Positions 23,633 to 33,659 of a stretch of DNA of 64,000 nucleotides are shown here, in pieces. The first letter of the stretch is position 1. Each line of letters opens with the position of its first letter. Made by a program: the position numbers and the translations under genes. The notes beneath the pieces were generated by a model, which did not search any database, was not told the DNA's origin, and was given only the letters and a program-made list of their open reading frames with translations. Source of the stretch: an uncultured delta proteobacterium (GTDB taxonomy: Bacteria > Myxococcota > Myxococcia > Myxococcales > Myxococcaceae); assembly GCA_963776345.1 (NCBI GenBank), contig CAVZMH010000006.1, positions 24,288 to 88,287 on the forward strand, given 5' to 3'.

Positions 23633-25012
23633 CTACAGCAGCGCGCCCCGGAGGATCAGGCTCGCCACCGTGAAGTAGATGATCAGCCCGCTCACGTCGA
23701 CCAGCGTGGCCACGAACGGCGCCGAGGCCTTCGCCGGGTCGAACCCCAGCCGCCGGAGCAGGAACGGGAGCATCGAGCCCACCAGGTTCCCGTAGAGGAC
23801 GACGCCGATCAGGCTCAACCCCACGGTGAGCGCCACCAGGACCGAGTGCTCGCCGTAGAGGTGGAACACCTTCGCCCAGATGACGATGCGGAGGAAGCCG
23901 ATCGATCCGAGGAGGCAGCCCAGCGCGACGCCCGAGGCGACCTCCCGGCTCGCCACCCGCCACCAGTCCCGGAGCTTCACCTCGCGGAGCGCCAGCGAGC
24001 GGATGATGATCGACGTGGCCTGCGAGCCGGAGTTGCCGCCCGAGGAGATGATCAGCGGCAGGAACAGCGAGAGCACCACCGCCTTGGCGATCTCGTCCTC
24101 GAAGGCGCTCATCGCGGTGGCGGTCAGCATCTCGCCCAGGAACAGCGCCGACAGCCAGCCGCCCCGCTTCCTCACCATCGAGGCGAAGCCCACGTCGAAG
24201 TACGGCGCCTCGAGGGCCTCCACGCCGCCGAGGCCCTGGATCTCCTCGGTGGCCTTCTGCTCGGCGACGTCGAGCACGTCGTCGACGGTGATCATCCCCA
24301 CCAGCACGCCGCGGGAGTCGGTCACCGGGAGCGCCACCCGGTCGTACTTCTCGAACGTCGCCACCACCTCGTCGCGGGTCGCGGTGGCCGGGATGCTGAC
24401 CAGCGACGCGTCGTTCAGCTCCGAGACCTTCTGGTCCGGCTTGGCCAGGACCAGGATCGGCAGCCGGAGGTCGTCGAGCAGCACGCTCTTGTCGTCGGTG
24501 ACGTAGATGACGTTGAGCGTCTCGATGTCCTGTCCGTGGTCGCGGATGTAGTCGAGCGCCTCGCGGGCGGTCCATTCGGGCCGCACCGCGACGTACCTGG
24601 GCGTCATGAACCGCCCGGCGCTCCCCTCGGGGTAGCCGAGCAGCTGCCGCGCGATCTTCAGCTGGTCGGGGTTCAGCGTGCTCAGCGCACGCTTGGTCAC
24701 CTCGGCGGGGAGCTCCTCGAAGAGACGCGTCCGGTCGTCGGGCGCCATCTCGTTGAAGACCCCGGCCATCTGGCCGGTGCCGAGCGTCTCCACCACCTCG
24801 CTCTGCTGATCCAGGGGGAGGTACTCGAACACCTGTGTCGCGGTGTCACGGGGCAGCACCCGGAAGATGACCCCCGAGTCCTCCGGCGGAAGGTCCTCGA
24901 TGACCTCCGCGATGTCGGGTGGGTCCATCTCGGAGAAGGCCTCGCGCAGCGTGGCGTAGTCCTTCGCCTGGATCAGCTCCTCGAACTCCGGCTTCAGAAG
25001 GTTGCCGAGCAT
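23633..25012 (-). CDS. mgtE: magnesium transporter MgtE
   Basis: MgtE N domain, CBS pair (SAGRFMT, ALPVTD...LVGMITVDDV), SSGGNSGSQ, DPAKASAPFVATLVD. Confidence 0.96.
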   Translation of the reverse strand: MLGNLLKPEFEELIQAKDYATLREAFSEMDPPDIAEVIEDLPPEDSGVIFRVLPRDTATQVFEYLPLDQQSEVVETLGTGQMAGVFNEMAPDDRTRLFEELPAEVTKRALSTLNPDQLKIARQLLGYPEGSAGRFMTPRYVAVRPEWTAREALDYIRDHGQDIETLNVIYVTDDKSVLLDDLRLPILVLAKPDQKVSELNDASLVSIPATATRDEVVATFEKYDRVALPVTDSRGVLVGMITVDDVLDVAEQKATEEIQGLGGVEALEAPYFDVGFASMVRKRGGWLSALFLGEMLTATAMSAFEDEIAKAVVLSLFLPLIISSGGNSGSQATSIIIRSLALREVKLRDWWRVASREVASGVALGCLLGSIGFLRIVIWAKVFHLYGEHSVLVALTVGLSLIGVVLYGNLVGSMLPFLLRRLGFDPAKASAPFVATLVDVSGLIIYFTVASLILRGALL

Positions 25013-25082
25013 CGCTCTCTCGCGTCCCCGCTCTGGACGGTGTGACGGAGCGGCATGGTGATATGAAAGCGGGGCACAAGCC

Positions 25083-25700
25083 ATGGCCAAAGCGAACGAG
25101 ACACGAAGTCGCTCCAAGGCAGCGTCCACCGGCCCCGCGAGCCGCGAGGGCCTCTCGACCGCCCTTCACCGGCCCGACCTGGTCGGCCCGCGCATCGAGC
25201 TCGACACCCACGACGACGGTCCGGAGCACCGCGCGTTCCCCCGCGCCAAGCTCGCCGTTCCCTTCGTCCTGTGGATCGGCGAGGGCGACGGGCGCCGATT
25301 CTCGGCCACCCTGGTCTCCACCAACGTCAGCGTGAGCGGGGCCTTCCTCAGGAGCAGCTTCTTCCTCCCGGTCGGTACCGAGACCGCGGTCCGCTTCCAG
25401 GTGGAGCCCACCGGGCCCGCCGTCGAGGCCAGGGTCGAGATCCTGCGCCAGGAGACGGAGGGCGACCACACCGGTCGGACCGGCATGGGCGTCCGCTTCC
25501 TCGAGTTCTTCCGCCAGACCGAGGTCACCCTGGCCCGGCTCTTCCTCGGCGAGCAGCTGCGGAAGTTCGCCGAGGGCTACCTCACCTCGTCCCGCGCCCG
25601 GTCGCTCAGCTCGGAGCTGGACCGGGTGGTGGACGCGCTGGCCGCCTGGGAGCTGCTCAAGGTCACCTCGCCCAACGACCCCTGGAGGTTCTCCAAGTAG
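25083..25700 (+). CDS. PilZ domain protein
   Basis: RAFPR (RxxxR) and NVSVSG ([D/N]xSxxG), GMGVRF; helical C-terminal extension. Confidence 0.85.
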   Translation: MAKANETRSRSKAASTGPASREGLSTALHRPDLVGPRIELDTHDDGPEHRAFPRAKLAVPFVLWIGEGDGRRFSATLVSTNVSVSGAFLRSSFFLPVGTETAVRFQVEPTGPAVEARVEILRQETEGDHTGRTGMGVRFLEFFRQTEVTLARLFLGEQLRKFAEGYLTSSRARSLSSELDRVVDALAAWELLKVTSPNDPWRFSK

Positions 25701-25721
25701 GGCGCGGGCCGTCGATGAGGC

Positions 25722-26051
25722 TCAGGCGAACTTCTTGAAGCTCTCCTCGAGCCGGCTCTTGGGCACGGCGCCGACGATCTGCTCGACGACCTTCCCGCCC
25801 TTGAAGACCAGCAGGGTGGGGATGCCGCGGATGCCGTAGTTCTGCGCGGTCTCCTGGTTCTCGTCGACGTTCAGCTTGGCGACCTTCACCTTGCCCTTGT
25901 ACCGGGCGGCGAGCTCCTCGAGCGCCGGCGCGATGGCCTTGCACGGCCCGCACCACGGCGCCCAGAAGTCCACCAGGACCGGCTCCTGAGAATCGAGCAC
26001 GGTCGCCTTGAACTCCGCATCAGAGACGCTCACCGTATCCTGCCCAGCCAT
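25722..26051 (-). CDS. trxA: thioredoxin
   Basis: VDFWAPWCGPC, GIPTL; AGGAGG RBS. Confidence 0.97.
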   Translation of the reverse strand: MAGQDTVSVSDAEFKATVLDSQEPVLVDFWAPWCGPCKAIAPALEELAARYKGKVKVAKLNVDENQETAQNYGIRGIPTLLVFKGGKVVEQIVGAVPKSRLEESFKKFA

Positions 26052-26192
26052 TGCTCCTCCTAATACCAGTTCCAGGCCCTCTGCATTGCACCGGAGCCTG
26101 ACAGGCGCCGTCCGCGAGCCGGGGAAGGGACCGATGATGTACACGGACCGCGACCGGCGCGCACGCACCTCGATGCTAATGTGCCGAGACCC

Positions 26193-26541
26193 GTGAAGCT
26201 TTTCCTTCCGCAGAGCACCCTCGAGGAGTGGGCCACCGCCGACAAGGCCGACGTCCACGACCGTGCGCTGGTGGTCACCGGGGAACCGCGTCCGTTATCC
26301 GGTGGAGCCTGCGGTGCACGTGATGTCCCTGGTCTCCGGACCGGACGAGCACCAGCTCTTGAAGAAGGTGAAGACGGATGCCCAGCTGGCGGAGCTCGGC
26401 GCCGAGCGGCTCTCCGACTCGGTGGTGGCAGGCGAGAGCGCGTACGACGTCGAGAGCGGGTACGTGGTGCAGCTGCCGGATCCGACCGGACAGCCCACCG
26501 AGACCGCGCTCCTCGCCGACTTCCTCCTGAACAAGCTCTGA
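26193..26541 (+). pseudogene. conserved hypothetical protein split by a +1 frameshift (possibly a sequencing error)
   Basis: VKLFLPQSTLEEW...ALVVTG joins NRVRYPVEPAVH...LLADFLLNKL if one G of the GGGG run at 26280-26283 is removed; stop abuts the ccsA start. Confidence 0.7.
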
Positions 26542-26542
26542 C

Positions 26543-27340
26543 ATGTTCCGCACCTGCTTCACGCTCGCCTTCCACGCCTATGCGCTCGGCGCGCTGGCCT
26601 ACCTCTCGGTGCTGGCGCAGGGGTGGAAGGGGCTGGCCTGGCTGGCGCGCGGCCTGACCTTCGCCGGCTGGGTGCTGCACGGCATCGGGCTGGTGCTCCT
26701 TCTCTCCGGACAGGGGTGGTTGCCGAGCGGCTTCGGCCAGGCGGTCAGTCTGCTGGCGTTCCTCCTGGTGGCGGTGTTCCTGGCGGTGGACCTGCGTGCC
26801 CGCGCCGCCCTGCTCGGCGCGTTCCTCTCGCCGGCGGCGGTGGCCGTCCTGGTCCCCTCGCTGTGGATGCGCACGCCCGGTCCCGAGCTGGCCGAGGGCC
26901 TGCGGCAGCCGCTCCTCCCGGTGCACATCGCCGTGGCCCTCGCCGGCCTGGCCGTCTTCGGGGTGGCCACCGCCGTGGCGGGCGTGTACCTCGCCGCCGA
27001 GCGGGCCGTGAAGGGCAAGCGCTTCGGGCCGCTCTTCCGCCGCGTCCCCTCGCTCGAGCTGCTCGACGACCTGAACCGCCGGCTGGTGGCCTGGGGCTTC
27101 ATCGCCCTGTCCCTGACGCTGCTGACCGGGGCATGGGTGCAGGCCCGGCTCCGGCCGGATGAGCGCTGGGGCCCGGCCGAGCTGGCGGTGGTGGTGGCGT
27201 GGCTCGCCTTCGGGGTGCTGCTCCAGGCCCGCATCTTCGCCGGGTGGCGCGGGCGCCGGGTGGCCCTCCTCACCATGGTGGGGTTCGGGGTGCTGGTCGT
27301 CTCCTTCGTGACCCGCTACGGCCCCTGGGTGACGCGATGA
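26543..27340 (+). CDS. CcsA/HemX-like membrane protein
   Basis: About 8 TM helices, PVHIA, PSLELLDDLN, GWRGRR; first gene of the hem operon; WWD motif degenerate (WGPAE). Confidence 0.85.
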   Translation: MFRTCFTLAFHAYALGALAYLSVLAQGWKGLAWLARGLTFAGWVLHGIGLVLLLSGQGWLPSGFGQAVSLLAFLLVAVFLAVDLRARAALLGAFLSPAAVAVLVPSLWMRTPGPELAEGLRQPLLPVHIAVALAGLAVFGVATAVAGVYLAAERAVKGKRFGPLFRRVPSLELLDDLNRRLVAWGFIALSLTLLTGAWVQARLRPDERWGPAELAVVVAWLAFGVLLQARIFAGWRGRRVALLTMVGFGVLVVSFVTRYGPWVTR

Positions 27341-28611
27341 GCCCGCCCCTGGTCGTCGTGGGACTCTCGCATCACACCGCTCCCCTGGACGTCCGGGAGC
27401 GTCTGGTCCTGTCGGAGGACCGGCAGACCGAGCTGCTCCAGGCCATGGCCCAGGCGCCCGCCGAGGCGCTGCTGGTCTCCACCTGCAACCGGGTCGAGCT
27501 GTACGTGGTCGGCCCCTGGCCCGACCTCCACGACCGGACCCGCACCGCCCTGGCCAGCGCTGCCGGCGACGACCTCGCGCCGTACCTCTACTCCCACCAC
27601 GGCGAGGCCGCGGTGCTGCACCTGTTCCGGGTGGCGGCCAGCCTCGACTCGATGGTGCTGGGCGAGCCGCAGATCCTCGGCCAGGTCAAGGATGCCTTCG
27701 AGCAGGCCCAGCAGCTGGGGGCGGCCCGGGGCGAGCTGGCCCGCATCTGCGCCGCGGCGTTCGGGAGCGCCAAGCGGGTCCGCACCGAGACCGAGCTGGG
27801 GCGTGCGGCCACCTCGATGGCCTCGGCCGCGGTGGAGATGGCCCGGCACATCTTCGACGGGCTCGACGGCAAGACGGTGCTCCTGGTGGGCGCAGGCGAG
27901 ATGGCCGAGCTCTGCGGCCGGCACCTGGTCTCGGCCGGCGCCTCGAAGGTCCTGGTGACCAACCGGACGCTGGAGCGGGCGCAGGCGCTGGCCACCGCCC
28001 TGGGCGGGAAGGCCGTGCCCTTCGACCGGATGGACGAGAGCCTGGTCCAGGCCGACATCGTCGTCTGCACGACTGCGTCACCGACGCCGGTCATCACCCG
28101 GGAGACGGTGGCGGCGGTGCTCAAGCCGCGGAAGCACCGGCCCCTCTTCTTCGTCGACCTGGCCGTCCCGCGTGACGTCGAGCCCGAGGTGCACACGCTG
28201 GACGGCGTCTACGCCTACGACGTGGACGACATCCAGAAGGTCATCGACCAGAACCAGGCCGCGCGCGCTGCCGCCGCGGCCAAGGCCGAGGTCCTGGTGG
28301 CCGAGGAGGTTGCCCGGTACATCCGCCAGCGCGCGGTGCGCGAGCAGGTCCCCGTCCTGGCCCAGCTCCGGGCCCGCGCCGAGCAGATCCGAAAGGCCGA
28401 GCTGGAGCGCGCCCTCACCAACCTGCCGGCGCCGCTCACCGAGGAGCAGGTCCGGGTCATCGAGGCGATGACCTCGGCCATCGTGAACAAGATGCTCCAC
28501 CAGCCCACGGCGAAGCTCCGGGCGGTGCAGTCCGGGGAGAGCGACCTGGCCGAGGCCGTGGCCGAGCTGTTCGGGCTGGACGGCGGGCCCCGCAAGGCCG
28601 GCGAGGGCTGA
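27337..28611 (+). CDS. hemA: glutamyl-tRNA reductase
   Basis: GLSHHTAP, STCNRVE, SLDSMVLGEPQILGQ, GAGEM, DLAVPRD. Confidence 0.97.
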   Translation: MSPPLVVVGLSHHTAPLDVRERLVLSEDRQTELLQAMAQAPAEALLVSTCNRVELYVVGPWPDLHDRTRTALASAAGDDLAPYLYSHHGEAAVLHLFRVAASLDSMVLGEPQILGQVKDAFEQAQQLGAARGELARICAAAFGSAKRVRTETELGRAATSMASAAVEMARHIFDGLDGKTVLLVGAGEMAELCGRHLVSAGASKVLVTNRTLERAQALATALGGKAVPFDRMDESLVQADIVVCTTASPTPVITRETVAAVLKPRKHRPLFFVDLAVPRDVEPEVHTLDGVYAYDVDDIQKVIDQNQAARAAAAAKAEVLVAEEVARYIRQRAVREQVPVLAQLRARAEQIRKAELERALTNLPAPLTEEQVRVIEAMTSAIVNKMLHQPTAKLRAVQSGESDLAEAVAELFGLDGGPRKAGEG

Positions 28612-28632
28612 GCCCGGTTCCTGTCTCGCACC

Positions 28633-29565
28633 ATGCCGCCCCTCCGCATCGCCACCCGCAAGAGTCCGCTCGCGCTCTGGCAGGCGCGCCACGTCGCGGG
28701 GCTCCTCCGCGCCCGCTCGCCCGGCACCGAGGTGTCGCTGGTCGAGCTCTCCACCGAGGGCGACCGGGTCCTGGACAGCCCGCTGTCGCGCATCGGCGGC
28801 AAGGGGCTCTTCGTCAAGGAGATCGAGGCCGCGCTGCTCGACGGCCGGGCCGACCTGGCGGTGCACAGCCTGAAGGACGTGACCAGCAGCTTCCCGCCGG
28901 GGCTGGTGCTGGCCGCGGTGCCCGAGCGCGAGGACGCGCGCGACGCCTGGGTGAGCCCCCGCGGCGTCGCCTTCGCGGACATCCCGAAGGGCGGGCGCGT
29001 CGGGACGTCGTCGCTGCGCCGCGCCTGCCAGCTGCGGGCGATGCGGCCGGACGTGGAGGTGGTCCCGCTCCGGGGCAACGTGGGCACGCGGCTGCGGAAG
29101 ACCGAGGAGCTGGACCTGTCCGGCTCCATCCTGGCGCTCGCAGGTCTGCGCCGGCTCGAGCTCGAGAGCCGGGTGACCGAGCTGCTGGCCCCCGAGGTGA
29201 TGCTCCCGGCGGTGGGGCAGGGGGCGCTGGCGCTCGAGTGCGCGGCGGAGAGCCCGCACCGGAGGCTGGTGGAGTCGCTCGAGGACCGGGCGACGCGCGT
29301 CCCGATCGACGCCGAGCGGGCGTTCCTCGAGTTGCTGGAGGGCGGCTGCACCGTCCCGCTCGCCGCCCACGCCATCCTCGAGGGCGACCAGCTCTGGGTC
29401 CGGGGGCTGGTCGGCGCGCCGGACGGGAGCGAGGTGGTCCGCGCCGAGCGGCGCGGGCCCGCGTCGCACGCCGCCGCGCTCGGTCGGGAGCTGGCCGAGG
29501 AGCTGCTCCGCCGTGGCGCCCGGGCTCTGCTCGACGCGCACGCCGGAGCGCGCTCCGGTGTCTGA
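28633..29565 (+). CDS. hemC: hydroxymethylbilane synthase
   Basis: [48 protein letters not shown]. Confidence 0.97.
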   Translation: MPPLRIATRKSPLALWQARHVAGLLRARSPGTEVSLVELSTEGDRVLDSPLSRIGGKGLFVKEIEAALLDGRADLAVHSLKDVTSSFPPGLVLAAVPEREDARDAWVSPRGVAFADIPKGGRVGTSSLRRACQLRAMRPDVEVVPLRGNVGTRLRKTEELDLSGSILALAGLRRLELESRVTELLAPEVMLPAVGQGALALECAAESPHRRLVESLEDRATRVPIDAERAFLELLEGGCTVPLAAHAILEGDQLWVRGLVGAPDGSEVVRAERRGPASHAAALGRELAEELLRRGARALLDAHAGARSGV

Positions 29566-30356
29566 GCCCAAACGCCCCGGCGGAGCCGGGTCACGAGCAC
29601 CGCCTCGCCGGCGTCCGGGTGCTCGTGCCGCGGCCCCGGGAGCGTGCCGAGCCGCTCTGCTTCCTGCTCGAGGACGAGGGCGCGGAGGTGCTGGCGCTCC
29701 CGCTGCTCGAGCTGGAGCCGCCGTCGGACCCGCGCCCGCTGCAGGCGGCGGCCGAGCTGCTCCGGCGTTTCGCCTGGGTGGCGTTCGCCAGCGAGCGCGC
29801 GGTGTCGGCCCTGGTGGAGGCCGCCCGGACGGCCGGGACGCTGGACGTGCTCCGGACCCGGAAGCTCGCCGCGGTGGGGCCGGGCACGGCGGCGGCGCTG
29901 ACCGCGCACGGGCTGGAGGCGACGCTGGTGGCGAGCGTGTCGACCGGGGAGGGGCTGGCCGAGGCGCTGCTCCCCAGGCTCCAGGCGGGCGAGTCGGTGC
30001 TGCTGCCCGCGGCGGAGCAGGGCCGGCGCGCGCTCGAGGAGGGGCTCGCGGCGGCCGGCGTCACGGTCGAGCGGGTGGCGGCGTACCGCTCGAGCCCCGC
30101 CGGCTCGGCGCCGGAGGGCTGGGCGGAGGTGGTCAGCCGTCCTCCACGGTGCGTGCTCTTCGGGTCTCCGCGCACGGTGGAGGCGTTCCTGTCGCTGCCC
30201 GGGGCCGGGGCGCTGGTCCCGGTGGTGCGGGCGGTGGCCGTGGGCCCGACGACGGCGGCGGCGCTGCGGGCGCGGGGGTGGGAGCCGGCGGCCATCGCCT
30301 CCTCGCCGACCCCGCCGGAGTGGGTGGAAGCGGCGGTGCGGGCCATCGAGGGGTAG
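29558..30356 (+). CDS. hemD: uroporphyrinogen-III synthase (apparent +1 frameshift near the start)
   Basis: [36 protein letters not shown] 29558 joins the main frame ([11 protein letters not shown]) if one A of AAA 29570-29572 is removed. Confidence 0.88.
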
Positions 30357-30375
30357 ACTCCCGGGTCGCTCCCCC

Positions 30376-32193
30376 ATGACCCAGGCCGCCGTGGCGCGCA
30401 CCAGCGCCGACTTCACCCTCAGCTTCGTCCTCAACGCCCTGGTCGCGGCCAAGCTGCTCACGCCCAGCCAGGCCCAGGACGTGCGGACGAAGGAGATGGC
30501 CGCGCGGGCCCGGGTGCTGAAGCATCTCGGCGCGGACAAGGACGAGGCCCGCTACACCGTCTCGCCCATCGAGGTGGTGGCGGCGTTCCAGGTTCCGATG
30601 CCCGGTGGACGGTCGCTGGACCAGGACAAGGTCTCCGAGGTGGTGGCGGCGGCCGCGGGGGTGGGCTACCGGAAGATCGACCCCCTGAAGCTGGACATGG
30701 GGCTCGCGACCCGGACGGTGTCCAAGCCCTACGCGCAGAAGCACGTCCTGCTCCCGCTGGAGCGCACGGAGGCAGGCGCGCTGCTGGTGGCGGTGGCCAA
30801 CCCCTTCGACCGCGAGCTGCTGGAGAACCTCCACCGGCTGGCGGGGATGCCCATCGAGCCGGTGCTCTCGGCGAAGGCGGACATCCTCAAGGCCATCGCC
30901 GACATCTACGGCTTCAAGCGGACGCTGGCCCAGGCGGCCACGGACTTCGCCGCACCGACGGGGCCGCAGCTGCAGAACTTCGAGCAGCTGGTCTCGCTGT
31001 CCGGGAGCGGGGAGCTCGACGCCTCGGACAAGCCCATCGTCCAGGCGGTGGACTACCTGCTCCGCTACGCCTACGACAACCGGGCCTCGGACATCCACAT
31101 CGAGCCCAAGCGCGACAGCACGGTGGTGCGGCTGCGCATCGACGGCGTGCTCCACCCGGTCTACACGCTTCCCACCGGCGTGCACGCGCCGATCATCAGC
31201 CGGGTGAAGATGCTCTCGCGCATCGACATCTCGGAGAAGCGGCGGCCGCAGGACGGGCGCATCAAGACCGAGCGTGACGGCCGGGAGATCGAGCTCCGGG
31301 TCTCGACGCTGCCCACGGCCTTCGGGGAGAAGGTGGTCATCCGCATCTTCGATCCCGAGACGCTGGTGCAGGACATCGCCCAGCTGGGGTTCGACGAGGA
31401 CGAGAAGGGCCTCTTCGAGTCGTGGATCGACGAGCCCCACGGGCTGATCCTGGTGACCGGCCCCACGGGCAGCGGGAAGACGACCACGCTCTACTCGGCG
31501 CTGAAGGCGCTGGCCGGGCCCGAGGTCAACGTCACCACCATCGAGGACCCGATCGAGATGGTGTGGGACGGCTTCAACCAGGTCCAGGTGCAGCCGAAGA
31601 TCGACCTCGACTTCGCCAACGCGCTTCGCCACATCCTCCGGCAGGACCCGGACGTGATCATGGTGGGCGAGATCCGCGACGCGGAGACGGCGGAGAACGC
31701 GATCCAGGCGGCGCTCACCGGCCACCTGGTGCTCTCGACCCTGCACACCAACGACGCGGTGGGCGCGGTGAGCCGGATGAAGGACCTGGGCGTGCCGTCG
31801 TTCCTGCTCTCCAGCTGTCTCTTGGGGGTGATGGCCCAGCGCCTCCTGCGCCGGGTCTGCAGCCGGTGCGCGGTGGAGCACAACCTGACCCAGGACGAGC
31901 TGCTGGCCCTCGGCGCGCCGCTGCCGCTGCTCCCGGGCGGGGTGCAGATCCTCCAGGGTGCGGGCTGCGTGCACTGCCGGGGGACGGGCTTCTACGGCCG
32001 GACCGGCGTGTTCGAGATCATGGGGGTGAACCCCGAGATCCGCGAGGCGATCGCCCAGGGCGCGAACACCCCCGAGCTGGTGCAGCTGGCGCGGAAGGCC
32101 GGGATGCGGACGCTCCGCGAGGCGGCGGTCCGGAAGCTCGCCAGCGGCCAGACCGCCTTCGCCGAGGTGGTCCGGATGACCGCCAGCGCCTGA
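30376..32193 (+). CDS. GspE/PilB family secretion or pilus assembly ATPase
   Basis: ASDIHIEP, RRPQDGRI, GPTGSGKTTT, TIEDPIE, LRQDPDVIMVGEIRD, STLHTND, CxxC/CxxC zinc motif. Confidence 0.93.
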   Translation: MTQAAVARTSADFTLSFVLNALVAAKLLTPSQAQDVRTKEMAARARVLKHLGADKDEARYTVSPIEVVAAFQVPMPGGRSLDQDKVSEVVAAAAGVGYRKIDPLKLDMGLATRTVSKPYAQKHVLLPLERTEAGALLVAVANPFDRELLENLHRLAGMPIEPVLSAKADILKAIADIYGFKRTLAQAATDFAAPTGPQLQNFEQLVSLSGSGELDASDKPIVQAVDYLLRYAYDNRASDIHIEPKRDSTVVRLRIDGVLHPVYTLPTGVHAPIISRVKMLSRIDISEKRRPQDGRIKTERDGREIELRVSTLPTAFGEKVVIRIFDPETLVQDIAQLGFDEDEKGLFESWIDEPHGLILVTGPTGSGKTTTLYSALKALAGPEVNVTTIEDPIEMVWDGFNQVQVQPKIDLDFANALRHILRQDPDVIMVGEIRDAETAENAIQAALTGHLVLSTLHTNDAVGAVSRMKDLGVPSFLLSSCLLGVMAQRLLRRVCSRCAVEHNLTQDELLALGAPLPLLPGGVQILQGAGCVHCRGTGFYGRTGVFEIMGVNPEIREAIAQGANTPELVQLARKAGMRTLREAAVRKLASGQTAFAEVVRMTASA

Positions 32194-32201
32194 GAAGCCG
32201 T

Positions 32202-32720
32202 CTACTCGCGCCGCAGCCTCGCCGAGATGTAGGGCCGGAACTCCGTCGCGCCAGGCGGGGCGATCTCGAACGTGACCTCGAGCGTCCCCTTCGCCGGCCA
32301 GACGTAGGTCAACCGGAACCGTGGGGCTCCGGCCCGAGCGTCGCTGAGAAAGACGAGCCGGTCGGCGGACGGCGCCTGGACCTCGTACCGGATGACGTGC
32401 CCCTCGTTGTCGAAGTACTCCGCCCGGAGCCGTCCGTCCTCGGTGAAGATGACCATCAGGTCGTCGTGGGTGTAGGCGGGCTTGCCGTCCCTGGCCGGGG
32501 ACGACGCATGGTTCTTGCGGACGACGACCCGGTCGCCGAGCTCGCGGGAGAACGACGCCCGCCCGGTCACTCCCGGGGTCCGGGGGTCTGCCTCCGCGAC
32601 CCAGGTCCCCAGGAGGGGGGTGACGGCGCTGAGCAGGTCCTGCGGGCCGGCATCACGACCGTCGGCAGGTGAGGCCGCGAGAACGAGCGGGAGCAGCATC
32701 GCGAGGGAGGTGGGGCACAT
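32202..32720 (-). CDS. exported hypothetical protein (probable beta-barrel)
   Basis: Signal-like LAMLLPLVLAA; LLGTW, HDDLMVI, YFDNEGHVIRY beta-strand pattern. Confidence 0.65.
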   Translation of the reverse strand: MCPTSLAMLLPLVLAASPADGRDAGPQDLLSAVTPLLGTWVAEADPRTPGVTGRASFSRELGDRVVVRKNHASSPARDGKPAYTHDDLMVIFTEDGRLRAEYFDNEGHVIRYEVQAPSADRLVFLSDARAGAPRFRLTYVWPAKGTLEVTFEIAPPGATEFRPYISARLRRE

Positions 32721-32781
32721 GCCGCCTGACGCTGCCACCCTCGCCCGTCGCGTGTCGCGGCTGGTGCAGCGAATGGCCCGT

Positions 32782-33588
32782 CTAGCCGAGCAGCCCGGCC
32801 CGCACTGCTTGATCGAGCACCTCGGCCAGGACGTCCACCGAGCTGCGCGTCTCGCTCCGTCGCACCTCGGAGCCGCCGGAGCGGAGGACCTGCTCTCCGC
32901 CGAACACGAAGGGGAGGCTGCGCCGGCCGAGGCGGACCAGCCGGTCGTCGTGGAAGGCCCGGGGCGCCCGCCGCTTCAGCTCCTGCGACACGACGCCGAT
33001 GTTCGCCGCCCGGGCCGGCTGGAGCAGCGGACCGAGGCCGGAGAACTCCAGGACCTTCTCCGCGAGGAGGATCCGCTCGCCGCCGTTTCCGTGGACGAGG
33101 ACGAACTGCTCCGAGTCCTCCTGCGAGCCGCGCACCGTGGAGCTCGTCTTCTTGGTCAGCACCAGCCCCCCGGTGAGCACCGCCCGGCCCATGGAGAATC
33201 CCCGGGACGTCTCGGTGTGCTCGGTGGTGGTCCGGGCGGTGCGCAGTCCCCGGAGCACGAGCCGCACCTCGGCCCAGCCGAGGGCGAGCGTCGCGCCGCT
33301 GCGGGCGGTGAAGGTCGGGCCCTCGTCCAGGAAGACGAAGCTCCGGGCCTGGAAGCGGTCGGCGTCGGAGGGGACCGTCTCGTCGATCGCCAGCGCCACC
33401 GCTCCCGCCCGCCCCAGCGCCGCGACGAGCTCCGCGGCGCGCTCCGCCGGGACCCGTGCCAGGAGCGCCGGTGGCTCGGGGGCGAGCCGCATCCGCGCCT
33501 CCGCCTGCGTCATCCCCGCCGACTCGACCAGCACCAGGACGGCCCGGTCGAGGTCTGCCGCCTGGCGCACCGTGGCGACGAGCTTCAT
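32782..33588 (-). CDS. hypothetical protein
   Basis: 268-aa ORF with coding-like codon use filling the interval. Confidence 0.7.
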   Translation of the reverse strand: MKLVATVRQAADLDRAVLVLVESAGMTQAEARMRLAPEPPALLARVPAERAAELVAALGRAGAVALAIDETVPSDADRFQARSFVFLDEGPTFTARSGATLALGWAEVRLVLRGLRTARTTTEHTETSRGFSMGRAVLTGGLVLTKKTSSTVRGSQEDSEQFVLVHGNGGERILLAEKVLEFSGLGPLLQPARAANIGVVSQELKRRAPRAFHDDRLVRLGRRSLPFVFGGEQVLRSGGSEVRRSETRSSVDVLAEVLDQAVRAGLLG

Positions 33589-33659
33589 CCCGCGAGCCTA
33601 CGCCACGGGCGGGCAGAGGCGCGCCCTGCTCGCGCGCGCCCCTGCCACGTCCTCGGGTG

